Source of the DNA: Corynebacterium sp.
GTDB taxonomy: Bacteria > Actinomycetota > Actinomycetes > Mycobacteriales > Mycobacteriaceae
Assembly (NCBI GenBank): GCA_030530985.1
Contig: JAUMTX010000003.1
Location: 18,005 to 82,004 of the forward strand
Direction of reading: 5' to 3'
Length of the DNA: 64,000 nucleotides
In this document: piece after piece, positions 51,601-61,159 of the stretch
Layout: each line of letters starts with the position of its first letter
How positions within the stretch are numbered: the stretch's first letter is position 1
Program-made: the position numbers and the translations under genes
Notes under the pieces: generated by a model
The model's database searches: none
Told to the model about the DNA's origin: nothing
What the model saw: only the letters and a program-made list of their open reading frames with translations

Positions 51601-53388
51601 ATGGCAAACCTCATTAATCTCGAGAATGTCTCAAAGTCCTTCGGGCTCAAAACACTCCTGGATAAAGTAAGCCTCGGTGTTCAAACAGGGGACCGCGTCG
51701 GCGTCGTCGGCCTCAACGGTGGCGGCAAAACCACACTGCTCGAAATCCTGACAGGAATCGAAGAACCCGATGAAGGTCGCGTATCCCACCTCAACGACCT
51801 GCGCATGGCCGTAGTAACCCAGCGCGCTGAACTCAACCCCGAGCACACCATCGCCCAGGTAGTAGTCGAACCACTCGGCCTCCAAACCTACGAATGGGCA
51901 TCCAACCCAAAGGTACGCAAGGTACTCGATGGTCTAGGAATTGAAGACCTTGAGAAAAAAGTTGGTGGACTATCCGGTGGTGAACGCCGACGCGTCAACC
52001 TGGCTGCAGCACTAGTTCGCGACCTCGACCTCATCGTCCTCGACGAGCCAACCAACCACCTCGATGTCGAAGGCGTCCAATGGCTCGCCGACTACCTGCT
52101 GGAAAATAAAATGGCAGTCGTCGTGGTTACCCACGACCGCTGGTTCCTCGACACAGTCGCCACCCTGACCTGGGAAGTCCATGATGGCACCGTCGATATT
52201 TTCGAAGGCGGCTATAACGACTGGACCTTCGCCAGGGCAGAGCGTGACCGCCAAGCCAGTGCAGAATGGCAGCGCAAGCAAAACCTCGCACGTAAGGAAT
52301 TGGCATGGCTACGCCGCGGTGCACCCGCACGAACCTCCAAGCCACGCTACCGCGTAGAAGCTGCTGAAGCACTCATTGCTGATGTGCCTGCGCCTCGCGA
52401 TACCGTTGAGCTGATGGCATTCTCCAAGCAGCGCCTGGGCAAGAAAGTCATCGACCTAGTCGATGCAAGCATCTCCACACCAGACGGCAGGCCACTGGTT
52501 GAAGACCTCACCTGGCTTATCGCGCCGGGCGAGCGCGTTGGTTTGGTTGGTGTGAATGGCTCCGGTAAAACCACCTTGCTGCGCACTATTGCCGGCGACT
52601 ACCCACTTACAGCAGGTACCCGTACGCAGGGCAAGACTGTGCGTCTGGGATGGTTGCGTCAGGAATTGGATGACCTCGACCCGAATCTGCGACTGCTTGA
52701 AGCCGTCCAAGAAGTAGCTAGCTATGTTGAATTTGGCAAGAAGCAGCTTTCTGCATCCCAGCTTGCTGAGCGACTTGGTTTTAGCCCTAAGCGCCAGAAG
52801 ACTCCTGTTGGTGATCTCTCCGGTGGTGAGCGCCGCCGCCTCCAGCTAACCCGTATCCTCATGTCCGAGCCTAATGTGCTCTTGCTTGATGAGCCGACCA
52901 ATGACCTGGACATTGATACCCTGCAGGAACTCGAGTCCCTCCTTGATGAGTGGCCAGGCACGCTCGTGGTTATCTCCCACGACCGCTATCTGATTGAGCG
53001 CATCTGTGATTCCACCTGGGCGCTCTTTGGCGATAAAAAGCTGACCAACCTACCTGGCGGCATTGAGCAGTATCTAACTCGACGTGCACAGCTCGCCGCC
53101 CAGGAAGATGCAGCTGCAGCGCCAGCACCGAAGGCGGAGGCTGCACAGGCAGAGTCCACCTCTGGTTTGAGCGGTGCCGAACTACGCAAGGTAGAGAAGG
53201 AAATGCAGGCCATCGAGCGCAAGATGGATAAGCTGCGTGCCGATATCGAAAAGGTCGATGCGGAGATGGCAACCAAGGGTGATGATATTGGTGCACTGAC
53301 AGAGCTATCGGCCAAGCGCTCTGAGCTAGCAGATACCATTGACGAACTAGAGCTTCAGTGGATGGAACTTGGTGCAATGACCGAATAA
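51601..53388 (+). CDS. ABC-F family ATPase, Uup-like (two ABC domains plus C-terminal coiled coil)
   Basis: The Walker A motifs are GLNGGGKTT and GVNGSGKTT, and both signatures read LSGGERRR. The C-terminal heptad-rich tail is AELRKVEKEMQAIERKMDKLRADIEKV. Confidence 0.85.
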   Translation: MANLINLENVSKSFGLKTLLDKVSLGVQTGDRVGVVGLNGGGKTTLLEILTGIEEPDEGRVSHLNDLRMAVVTQRAELNPEHTIAQVVVEPLGLQTYEWASNPKVRKVLDGLGIEDLEKKVGGLSGGERRRVNLAAALVRDLDLIVLDEPTNHLDVEGVQWLADYLLENKMAVVVVTHDRWFLDTVATLTWEVHDGTVDIFEGGYNDWTFARAERDRQASAEWQRKQNLARKELAWLRRGAPARTSKPRYRVEAAEALIADVPAPRDTVELMAFSKQRLGKKVIDLVDASISTPDGRPLVEDLTWLIAPGERVGLVGVNGSGKTTLLRTIAGDYPLTAGTRTQGKTVRLGWLRQELDDLDPNLRLLEAVQEVASYVEFGKKQLSASQLAERLGFSPKRQKTPVGDLSGGERRRLQLTRILMSEPNVLLLDEPTNDLDIDTLQELESLLDEWPGTLVVISHDRYLIERICDSTWALFGDKKLTNLPGGIEQYLTRRAQLAAQEDAAAAPAPKAEAAQAESTSGLSGAELRKVEKEMQAIERKMDKLRADIEKVDAEMATKGDDIGALTELSAKRSELADTIDELELQWMELGAMTE

Positions 53389-53486
53389 GCCACCAAAGCA
53401 TAAAAAATGGCGGGACCACCTAGAGTGGCCCCGCCATTTTGCAACTGGAGAGGAGTTATGGAGAAACTAAATATGGAGAAGTGGAA

Positions 53487-54050
53487 TTAAGAGCCCATCA
53501 CCTCCTGGAGTGCAGCCAAGACGGTTGCCTCATCGAGACCGAGGTCAGATGCGATGGAAGCAGCCAAGTCGGCCTCAAAGCCACCGCCACCTGGGCCACC
53601 CTGGCCTGGTGCACCAGATGGAGGAGTCTGACCATCACCCGGAGCACCGGATGGTGGGGCCTGGCCGTCACCCGGAGCACCAGCTGGTGGCTCACCGGTA
53701 GGAGGAGTACCGCCGCCACCAGGGCTACCCTCACCTGGGCCGCCTGGGGCTGCATTGGCAATAGCCTCGCTCAACTCATCCTCGCTAACACCAAGCTTGG
53801 TAGCTAGGGTAGCAATCTGAGCTTCAGTGAGAAGCTGAGGCTGAACTGGGGCAGCAGCGTTACTGGAGGAGGAGCTGCTGGAGGTATGAGTGGTGGAGGT
53901 AGCTGTGGAAGTAGCTACGGTAGAGGTAGAGGTCGCAGTGGAAGAACTTTCACCCGAGGAACATGCGGCTAGGCCGGCGATAGCAACTGCAGCTGCACCG
54001 CTGTAGAGAGCGGCCTTCAGAGCCTTCTTGGAAAACTTATTAGTAATCAT
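53487..54050 (-). CDS. Secreted lipoprotein with Ser/Thr-rich and Pro/Gly-rich repeat regions
   Basis: A signal peptide with a lipobox (LAACS) is followed by an S/T tract and then GAPGDGQ(A/T)PPSGAPG tandem repeats, flanked by two short helical LG(V/L)(S/D)E motifs. Confidence 0.6.
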   Translation of the reverse strand: MITNKFSKKALKAALYSGAAAVAIAGLAACSSGESSSTATSTSTVATSTATSTTHTSSSSSSSNAAAPVQPQLLTEAQIATLATKLGVSEDELSEAIANAAPGGPGEGSPGGGGTPPTGEPPAGAPGDGQAPPSGAPGDGQTPPSGAPGQGGPGGGGFEADLAASIASDLGLDEATVLAALQEVMGS

Positions 54051-54284
54051 ATCGTGAACCTTTCATTCCGTTGGGGAACTTGATGAATATCATCTTAAGA
54101 GCCCGAACTGAGTAGATAGAGTGAAGCACTAGCAAGTTCGCTGAGAGGTTTCTGTAGGGTTTCTGTGCTTAATAATTTCATGCACTATGTGGCCGGTTTG
54201 CAAAGTTCTATTTATGAAAATTGCACAACTTTATGTATCATGTTTTATTGGCATTCATTTTCATGTTGGGCATTTGAGGAGGCC

Positions 54285-54944
54285 ATGGACGTCTTTCAGA
54301 CATCGGGATGCGTAATTTCCTACCGCACCCGGGAAGCTGCGAACCAGGATGGCGAGCTTAGCCATAGGATCCAGATTCCAGCATTCACCATTAAGAAAGG
54401 CGACCGGCTGGCCATCATCGGCCCCTCAGGCTCCGGCAAAAGTACTTTCTCCACCCTTGTTCTTGGGGAAACACTCGATGCGACCATCACCGGCGAATGG
54501 ACTACTAATACAGGAAAGTGTGCCTGGGTTGGGCAGGACCATTTTGGCAATCTGAATCCACGCGTTACTGTTGCACGCCACTTGGAACTTGCAGGTGCTC
54601 CACGCACCGAGGTGCCAGCCCTACTGGAAAAGGTGCAGCTGCCAGTTGAGTATTCCGGCCGTTTTCCATCGCAGCTATCCGGTGGTGAAAGGGCTCGTGT
54701 GGCTCTAGCAATTTGTTTTGCAGCAAAGCCAAGTCTCCTATGCATCGATGAGTTGACCTCGAGTTTTGATACCGAGACCACTCTGGAGATTCTGCGAATC
54801 ATTAAATCTATTGCTGGTGAACTCACTGTTCTTTTTATTACGCATGATCATGCGGCAGCGCACTACCTCTGTGACACGGTGCTGAGCTTTAGCGCAGATG
54901 GTGTTGCACAGTATTACCCAAGTTGGGAGGCTGCACATGCCTAA
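54285..54944 (+). CDS. ABC transporter ATP-binding protein (short; peptide/nickel-family-like NBD 1)
   Basis: Walker A is GPSGSGKST, the signature is LSGGERARV, and Walker B is LLCIDE. The start is the ATG at 54285 with a GAGGAGG RBS; the track ORF start at 54165 is an AT-rich non-coding extension. Confidence 0.8.
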   Translation: MDVFQTSGCVISYRTREAANQDGELSHRIQIPAFTIKKGDRLAIIGPSGSGKSTFSTLVLGETLDATITGEWTTNTGKCAWVGQDHFGNLNPRVTVARHLELAGAPRTEVPALLEKVQLPVEYSGRFPSQLSGGERARVALAICFAAKPSLLCIDELTSSFDTETTLEILRIIKSIAGELTVLFITHDHAAAHYLCDTVLSFSADGVAQYYPSWEAAHA

Positions 54945-55560
54945 GACTGTCGAGTTTCTCCAAGCCTTGACTGCCCAGCGCAATATTGCTCTCATCGGGC
55001 GCTCTGGTGCAGGTAAGAGTACCTTGCTGAACCGACTACGCAAGGGCGAACTAGGAACAGCGTGGAGCACTGCACTCATTCCACAGGACATTGATGCAAG
55101 TCTGAATCCGCACATTTCTTGCCGTCGCATTATCAACGCCACTGGCACCCTGGATGAAAACCAGCTCAGCCTTTTGGGCTTGGATGCTTCCATGCTTGAT
55201 AAAAAGCCAGGCCAGCTATCCGGTGGTCAGCGTGCCCGTGTAGCTGTGGCACGTGCTGTTGCCACCGGCGCCAAGGCCATCTTGGCTGATGAGGCATTGT
55301 CATGCCTTGATCAGGAGACAGCCGCACTAGTGGCTGACTATCTCCGACAAATGCCTAGTCCGGTCATTATGGTGACCCACAATCTTGACTATGCAGTTGA
55401 ATGGGCAGATGACTGGTTCTTCATTGAGAAGGACGGGGAGAATATCGGCCTCATTTCAGAGCATGGACACGGTAAGGAGCTGTGGGAACTCTCTAACGCA
55501 ATCCCAGCCCGGCGCAGCTTGGTTGGTGCGTATCTGGAGCTTGAAGGGAGGGCAGTGTAG
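54937..55560 (+). CDS. ABC transporter ATP-binding protein (short NBD 2)
   Basis: Walker A is GRSGAGKST, the signature is LSGGQRARV, and Walker B is ILADE. The ATG at 54937 overlaps the upstream stop by 8 nt. Confidence 0.8.
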   Translation: MPKTVEFLQALTAQRNIALIGRSGAGKSTLLNRLRKGELGTAWSTALIPQDIDASLNPHISCRRIINATGTLDENQLSLLGLDASMLDKKPGQLSGGQRARVAVARAVATGAKAILADEALSCLDQETAALVADYLRQMPSPVIMVTHNLDYAVEWADDWFFIEKDGENIGLISEHGHGKELWELSNAIPARRSLVGAYLELEGRAV

Positions 55561-56807
55561 TGGCAAATACTGATGTTGATAAAGAATTGAGTGCAGTGGA
55601 AAAGACTTCGAAGAAGCCTGCGATGCTGCAGCTTCCTGCTTCTGTGCAGCTGCTACTGCTTACGCAGCTGATGTTTAATGTGGGCTTCTATCTGGTGGTC
55701 CCATTCTTGGCTGTGTATATGAGTGACAGCCTTGGGGCTACAGCTGCCATGGTGGGTTTTGTTCTGGGTTTGCGTACTTTTACCCAGCAGGGCCTGTTCT
55801 TTATCGGTGGTGGCTTGGCTGACAAATTTGGTGTGAAGCCAATTCTGCTCATCGGTATTGCGATTCGAGTTGCTGGCTTTATTGTCACCGGTTTGTCGAC
55901 TTCTGTGCCGTGGATTATTGCTGGTGTAGTTTTGATTGGTTTTGCTGCGGCTTTGTTCTCGCCGGCTGCCGATGCTGCTCTGGCTTTTAGTGGCAAGCAA
56001 GCTGAGGAGCAGGGCATTATGCCCCGTGCTCGTGTCTTTGCTTTGGATACGACTGTGGGGCGTATTGGTGCTCTGACTGGCCCTGTTCTTGGCGCCATCA
56101 TTATTCCATTTGGTTTCAATAAGGCCTGCTTTGTTGCTGCAGGTATCTTTGGTTTGCTCTTCCTCGGGCATGCGTTGATTATTCCGGCGGTGCGTACTGA
56201 GAAGAAGGCCTCGGTGCTTGCTGGCTATAAGCATGTGTTGAAGAATCGCAGCTTCCTGCTTTTCGCTTTGGCCTATTCCACCAGCCTTGTTGCTTATAAC
56301 ATGCAGTATTTGGCTATGCCGCATGAGCTTGAGCGAATGGGCCGTGGTGGCGAGGAGACTGTGGCGGTCTTCTTTATTTTCGCCAGTGTATTTGTGTGCC
56401 TCTTCCAATATCCGGTGACGGTATTGTCGAGGCACATGTCCAAGCGAACCTGCCTGGTTCTGGGCTTTGGCTTGCAGAGTGTGGCTTTCTTATTTGTCGC
56501 GCTCTTCCAAGGTACTGTCGTTCCATATATTTCGGTGATCGGTATGCTGATTCTCTTGCATGCTGGCCAGATGATTGCTATCCCTATTGCTCGTGACTGT
56601 GTTGGTCACTTGGCAGGGGAGCAGCATCTTGGAACCTATTTTGGTTTCTTGAATTCAGTGGGCGGCCTTGCCGTGTTGATTGTTTCTGCTGTTGTCGGTT
56701 GGATTTTTGATTCGACCATGAATAACTCGGTTCTGCCGTGGTTGTTCCTAACCCTCGTTTTAGGTCTTTCGGCCGTGAGCATGTCTAGAAGGAGAATTCA
56801 TGCGTAA
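55560..56807 (+). CDS. MFS transporter embedded in the ABC operon
   Basis: Twelve TM helices. The GTG start overlaps the upstream stop. The gene is translationally coupled on both sides. Confidence 0.75.
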   Translation: MANTDVDKELSAVEKTSKKPAMLQLPASVQLLLLTQLMFNVGFYLVVPFLAVYMSDSLGATAAMVGFVLGLRTFTQQGLFFIGGGLADKFGVKPILLIGIAIRVAGFIVTGLSTSVPWIIAGVVLIGFAAALFSPAADAALAFSGKQAEEQGIMPRARVFALDTTVGRIGALTGPVLGAIIIPFGFNKACFVAAGIFGLLFLGHALIIPAVRTEKKASVLAGYKHVLKNRSFLLFALAYSTSLVAYNMQYLAMPHELERMGRGGEETVAVFFIFASVFVCLFQYPVTVLSRHMSKRTCLVLGFGLQSVAFLFVALFQGTVVPYISVIGMLILLHAGQMIAIPIARDCVGHLAGEQHLGTYFGFLNSVGGLAVLIVSAVVGWIFDSTMNNSVLPWLFLTLVLGLSAVSMSRRRIHA

Positions 56808-58236
56808 GATTTTTGCCCTCGTTGGTTCTGTTGCTGCTCTTAGCTTTGGCCTTGTTGCCTGTGGAAATAAGGGCACGGATGAGATTGCTATTGCTTTCCC
56901 TTTTACCCCAGTTGCCTCCTTCTCCCCATATTCGGATGATGCGACGTATCTGACTCGCCTTGGTATTGGTGAGACCCTGGTTAAGCTGGATGCCGATGGT
57001 GTTCCTCAGCCTTGGTTGGCTGAGAGCTTTGAAACTCTCGATTCTCGTACTGTCCGGTTTATTCTGCGTGAGGGCGCCACATTCCAAAACGGTGATGAGG
57101 TTACTGCCCAGGCTGTTGTCGCATCCTTGAATAATGCCTATAACGCGAGCGCTCGTCCGGCCGGTTTGGGTAAGAATAATCTGACCTTCACCGCTATTTC
57201 TGATTACCTCGTTGAGGTGACCAGTGATGTTGCTGATCCTATTTTGGCCCAGCGTTTCTCCGATCCAGGTACAGTGATTTTGGCTTCCGATAACACCGGT
57301 ACCGGCCCATTTACCTTGACCTCCTTTGACAATAGCAAGGCAGAATTGACTGCCTACGATAGCTATTGGAATGGCAAGGCGAAGCTGGATCACTATACTG
57401 CTGAATTCATCACTGATGGCACCACGCGTGCCAATGCGCTGCGCTCCGGTGAGGTCAGTGCTATTACCGCTGCACCAGTAAACCAGCTGGAGCAGTTGGA
57501 TAAGTATACTCTCGAGGCCTATGACATTCCTCGTATGACCATGGCCTATTTCAATACTGCTAGTGGTGTCTTTAGTGACCCAAGCCAGCGTGCCCGCGCA
57601 GCTGGCATTATTGATGGTGATTCCATTATCGCGAGTGTTTATGAGGGCCATGCGAGCTCCGCAGATAAGAGTCTGTTCAATCCTGCTGCTCAGTGGAATG
57701 CCTTCCGCACCCCAACTGGCACCATCACCTCGGCCCCAATTGCTGAAGAGGCTTCTACTGAACCAATCACTATTGGTACATATACCGACCGTGCCGAGCT
57801 CGGTGAGGTAGCATCCCTCGTTGCAGAGCAGCTCCGCACCGTTGGCTACACCGTCAATATTTCTGTTGCTGACTATAAGACCCAGGAACCACGCATGCTT
57901 GCTGGCGACTTCGACATTATTATCGGCAGCCGTAATTACCAGCTCAATTCCGGCGACGTAGTGAGCTACCTTGGCACTGACTTCTCTTGCAATGGCTCCT
58001 ATAATTTGGCGCGCTATTGCAATGCTGCCATTGATGCCCGTATTAGCGACGCAGCCCAGGAGGCTAATACGGACTTCCGCTACATGGATGCAGCAAGCAT
58101 TGGCGCCGATATTATCGCCGATAATGCTGTCGTCCCAATCGCAGTGAACCAGAGCCTGATTGCCCGCTCTACAGGCCTCAAGAACCTTGAACTCGACCCA
58201 TTCGAACGACTCTTCATCACTAATGAAACTGAGTAA
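56800..58236 (+). CDS. ABC transporter substrate-binding lipoprotein (family 5, peptide/nickel type)
   Basis: A signal peptide with a lipobox (LVACG) is followed by the SBP_bac_5 fold. The RBS is AAGGAGA. Confidence 0.8.
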   Translation: MRKIFALVGSVAALSFGLVACGNKGTDEIAIAFPFTPVASFSPYSDDATYLTRLGIGETLVKLDADGVPQPWLAESFETLDSRTVRFILREGATFQNGDEVTAQAVVASLNNAYNASARPAGLGKNNLTFTAISDYLVEVTSDVADPILAQRFSDPGTVILASDNTGTGPFTLTSFDNSKAELTAYDSYWNGKAKLDHYTAEFITDGTTRANALRSGEVSAITAAPVNQLEQLDKYTLEAYDIPRMTMAYFNTASGVFSDPSQRARAAGIIDGDSIIASVYEGHASSADKSLFNPAAQWNAFRTPTGTITSAPIAEEASTEPITIGTYTDRAELGEVASLVAEQLRTVGYTVNISVADYKTQEPRMLAGDFDIIIGSRNYQLNSGDVVSYLGTDFSCNGSYNLARYCNAAIDARISDAAQEANTDFRYMDAASIGADIIADNAVVPIAVNQSLIARSTGLKNLELDPFERLFITNETE

Positions 58237-59899
58237 TATCACCCGCTTAGCCACCATCCCAGTCCTTCTGCTGCTGGCTGTAATTGCCGTCGCCAGCTTG
58301 CCATTTATTGGCAATAGGGACTTGGCGATGATGGTTTTGCGATCCCGTGAGGCGGAGCGTGCCCCCGATGCCGAAACATTGGAGGCGCTTCGAACCGAAC
58401 TCAACCTCCCCTCAAATGCAGGGGAAGCTATTAAACAAATCCTCACGGGAAATATGGGGCAAAGCTGGGTCGATTCCGGTCGTAGCGCCTATGAAGTCGC
58501 ATTCAGTGGATTCGGCAGCACACTAATTCTTGCCGGCAGTGCCACACTGATTGCCGTTGCCATTGCTATCCTGATTGTGATTCCACGAATCCGCTCCATT
58601 ATTCGTGGCCGCCACAGCCGCACCTGGCACATCCTGCCGGTTGCGATTATTGGCTCCATTCCGGAATTCGTGCTGGCAGTGGGTATCGCAATTATCTTTG
58701 CTCTGCACTTTGGGCTTATTGCTGCCACCGGGCTCAGCATTGGTCCAGTTTTAGCCCTCGCTATTCCTGCCGGTGGTCTGCTTGGCCGTGTGGCACTTAT
58801 TAGCGTGGATGAAGTTGCGCAACGCGAATGGGTGCACAATTGGCGTGTCAATAGCTTCCCGCCAGCAGCCATTGCTCGTGCGATTATTCGCGAAACACTA
58901 AGCATCCTCGTACCTCAGGTTGCTATTTTCTTCGTGGGCCTACTGGCATCCACCGTACTGGTTGAAAAGACCTTCAATATTCACGGCATGGGTTCGGCGG
59001 CACTCACTGCAGCCCTTAACCAAGACCTTCCAGTCCTCCAGGTCATCACTCTATTTGTTCTTGCCCTTGGCATTATTGTTGGCAGCATAGCCAGCCTGCT
59101 CAAAACAGATATGACAAATGGCACTGCATCTTTGCGTGCACGTGCACTTCCGCGTCTTCGCTGGGGCTGGATTTTCCTCGCACTCCCACTACTGCCACTC
59201 ATCTATGGCTACTTCCGGGGTAGTGCAGCAATTAATGCGCAGAATCGCCTTCAGTCTCCTTCCATGGAGCACTGGTTTGGTACTGACCAGCTGGGCCGTG
59301 ACATTCTTGAGCGCATCGCCCATGGTTTCCTCTATACCGTCGGTGCCGGTGTTTTGGTAACCGTCATCTGTGTGCTCATTAGTTTCCTATTGTCTCTCAG
59401 CGGGACACTCAGCCCTTATATTGAGCGCATCGCCCAAGCATTTAATGCTATCCCCGCAGTGCTGCTTGGTTTGCTCCTTGCCGGCATGATGTCTGGCTCC
59501 AGCCTCACAGCAGCAATGGCAGTCATCCTTGTTGCCTGGATTCCACTGACCTTGCACGGCATTGGTGTTGCTCGTGCGGTACGCGAATCCGCATACTACC
59601 AATGGGGCCTCGACCACGGGGAGAGCGCAATCTCGCGTCTCCGTAATCATGTGCTTCCAAGCCTTGTGCCCGCATTGGTCCGCCACGGCGGTTCCCGTAT
59701 CGCTCACAACTCACTTGCCATTGCTGGCCTGGGCTTTCTCGGTGTTGGCGCACCCCATGATAGCCCTGAATGGGGTGTGATTCTCTCGGAATCTATCTCC
59801 TATGCTGAGCGTGCACCGTGGATGATCATTATGCCAACCGTCTACCTAATCTGGGTGGGTATCATTGCTGCTTGTGCTACCGATACTTCGGTAAAATAG
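58223..59899 (+). CDS. Fused ABC permease (DppB-like plus DppC-like domains in one polypeptide)
   Basis: There are two binding-protein-dependent transport permease domains. The start is taken at MKLSNITRL, overlapping the SBP gene. Confidence 0.75.
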   Translation: MKLSNITRLATIPVLLLLAVIAVASLPFIGNRDLAMMVLRSREAERAPDAETLEALRTELNLPSNAGEAIKQILTGNMGQSWVDSGRSAYEVAFSGFGSTLILAGSATLIAVAIAILIVIPRIRSIIRGRHSRTWHILPVAIIGSIPEFVLAVGIAIIFALHFGLIAATGLSIGPVLALAIPAGGLLGRVALISVDEVAQREWVHNWRVNSFPPAAIARAIIRETLSILVPQVAIFFVGLLASTVLVEKTFNIHGMGSAALTAALNQDLPVLQVITLFVLALGIIVGSIASLLKTDMTNGTASLRARALPRLRWGWIFLALPLLPLIYGYFRGSAAINAQNRLQSPSMEHWFGTDQLGRDILERIAHGFLYTVGAGVLVTVICVLISFLLSLSGTLSPYIERIAQAFNAIPAVLLGLLLAGMMSGSSLTAAMAVILVAWIPLTLHGIGVARAVRESAYYQWGLDHGESAISRLRNHVLPSLVPALVRHGGSRIAHNSLAIAGLGFLGVGAPHDSPEWGVILSESISYAERAPWMIIMPTVYLIWVGIIAACATDTSVK

Positions 59900-59904
59900 C
59901 AGGT

Positions 59905-61158
59905 ATGAAAATCCTTAGTCGAAACCTGCAATTTACAGTTCCTTGGGACTATTCCGAGCAGAATAGTCTCCTCATGGATCTCTATGCCCGTGAAATCTAC
60001 TACCAGGGCAATGAGGACAAGCCATACCTGGTCTACCTCCAAGGCGGTCCAGGCTTCCCATCCCCACGACCAACCTCTTATAACGGCTGGCTAAAGCCAT
60101 TCCTCGAGCGCTACCGAGTCATCCTGCTCGACCAGCGTGGTACTGGCCGCTCCACCCGCGTAGATGAAACCACCCCAGAGCTCATCACCACCTGGCACCT
60201 CTCCCGCCTCCGTGCTGATAATATCGCCAGGGACCTCGAGTTTATCCGTGAAGAGCTCGGGGTAGACCGCTGGAATCTCTTCGGCCAGAGCTTCGGTGGT
60301 TTCTGTATCACCACCTACTTGAGCATGTACCCACATAATGTGGACCGGGCATTCCTCACCGGTGGTATTCCAGGTGCCTTCAATGAGATTGAAGAAATCT
60401 ATACCCACACCTATGCCATGGTGGAGGAACGCTCAAAGCTCTTTTATCGCAAGTTTTACGGGGTAGAGGACCAGATTCGCCGCATCGCGCACCACCTGGA
60501 CACCCACGAAGAATTCCTACCAACAGGGGAGAGGCTCACCTCTCGGCGCTTCCGCATGCTGGGCATTAATCTTGGCCGTGGGATCGGCATGGAAGCCCTG
60601 GCTTATTTGCTGGAAGCACCATTCGCTGGCGGCCGTGAAGTTGGCACTAAGCTCAGCGGGGAGTTTCTCAGCGCAGTGGGCGCACAGCTTAGCTATGCGC
60701 GTGGTCCTCTCTACGCTGCAGTCCATGAGGCAATCTACGGGCAGGGCAGTGCAACCAACTGGGCAGCCCATAGGCTACGCGCAGAGATTGACGGATTTGC
60801 TGAAGATGCAGACCCATTGGATACAAGCTCCAAGTACTACATGACCGGTGAGCATATTTATCCATGGCAGTTCATTGAAGATCCTGCGCTGAAGCCATTC
60901 CGTGATGTCGCATTTGAACTGGCATCGAAGGAAGACTGGCCAGAGCTCTACAATGCGGATGCACTCGGCGACTCTAGCGCAATTGTGGCGGCCGCAGTCT
61001 ATGTGGATGATATCTTTGTCCCATTCGACCTATCCCGCCAAACCGCCAAGGCCTTTGCCGATATTAGGCTGCACATCACCAATGAATATCAGCATGATGG
61101 CATTGGCCATAACGGTGACGGCATTATCCGTACCCTCATTGAGAAGGCCGACCTCTAA
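59905..61158 (+). CDS. pip: Proline iminopeptidase / prolyl aminopeptidase (alpha/beta-hydrolase, S33 family)
   Basis: The nucleophile elbow is GQSFGG, and the HGG-like oxyanion region is LQGGPGF. The ATG at 59905 lies 5 nt after the permease stop. Confidence 0.75.
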   Translation: MKILSRNLQFTVPWDYSEQNSLLMDLYAREIYYQGNEDKPYLVYLQGGPGFPSPRPTSYNGWLKPFLERYRVILLDQRGTGRSTRVDETTPELITTWHLSRLRADNIARDLEFIREELGVDRWNLFGQSFGGFCITTYLSMYPHNVDRAFLTGGIPGAFNEIEEIYTHTYAMVEERSKLFYRKFYGVEDQIRRIAHHLDTHEEFLPTGERLTSRRFRMLGINLGRGIGMEALAYLLEAPFAGGREVGTKLSGEFLSAVGAQLSYARGPLYAAVHEAIYGQGSATNWAAHRLRAEIDGFAEDADPLDTSSKYYMTGEHIYPWQFIEDPALKPFRDVAFELASKEDWPELYNADALGDSSAIVAAAVYVDDIFVPFDLSRQTAKAFADIRLHITNEYQHDGIGHNGDGIIRTLIEKADL

Positions 61159-61159
61159 A

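Noticed and set aside
54165-54284. N-terminal extension of the first ABC ATPase ORF (MLNNFMHYVAGLQ...)
   Set aside because: It is AT-rich and Cys/Phe/Trp-rich and precedes a perfect GAGGAGG RBS plus the ATG at 54285. It is the promoter region, not coding.
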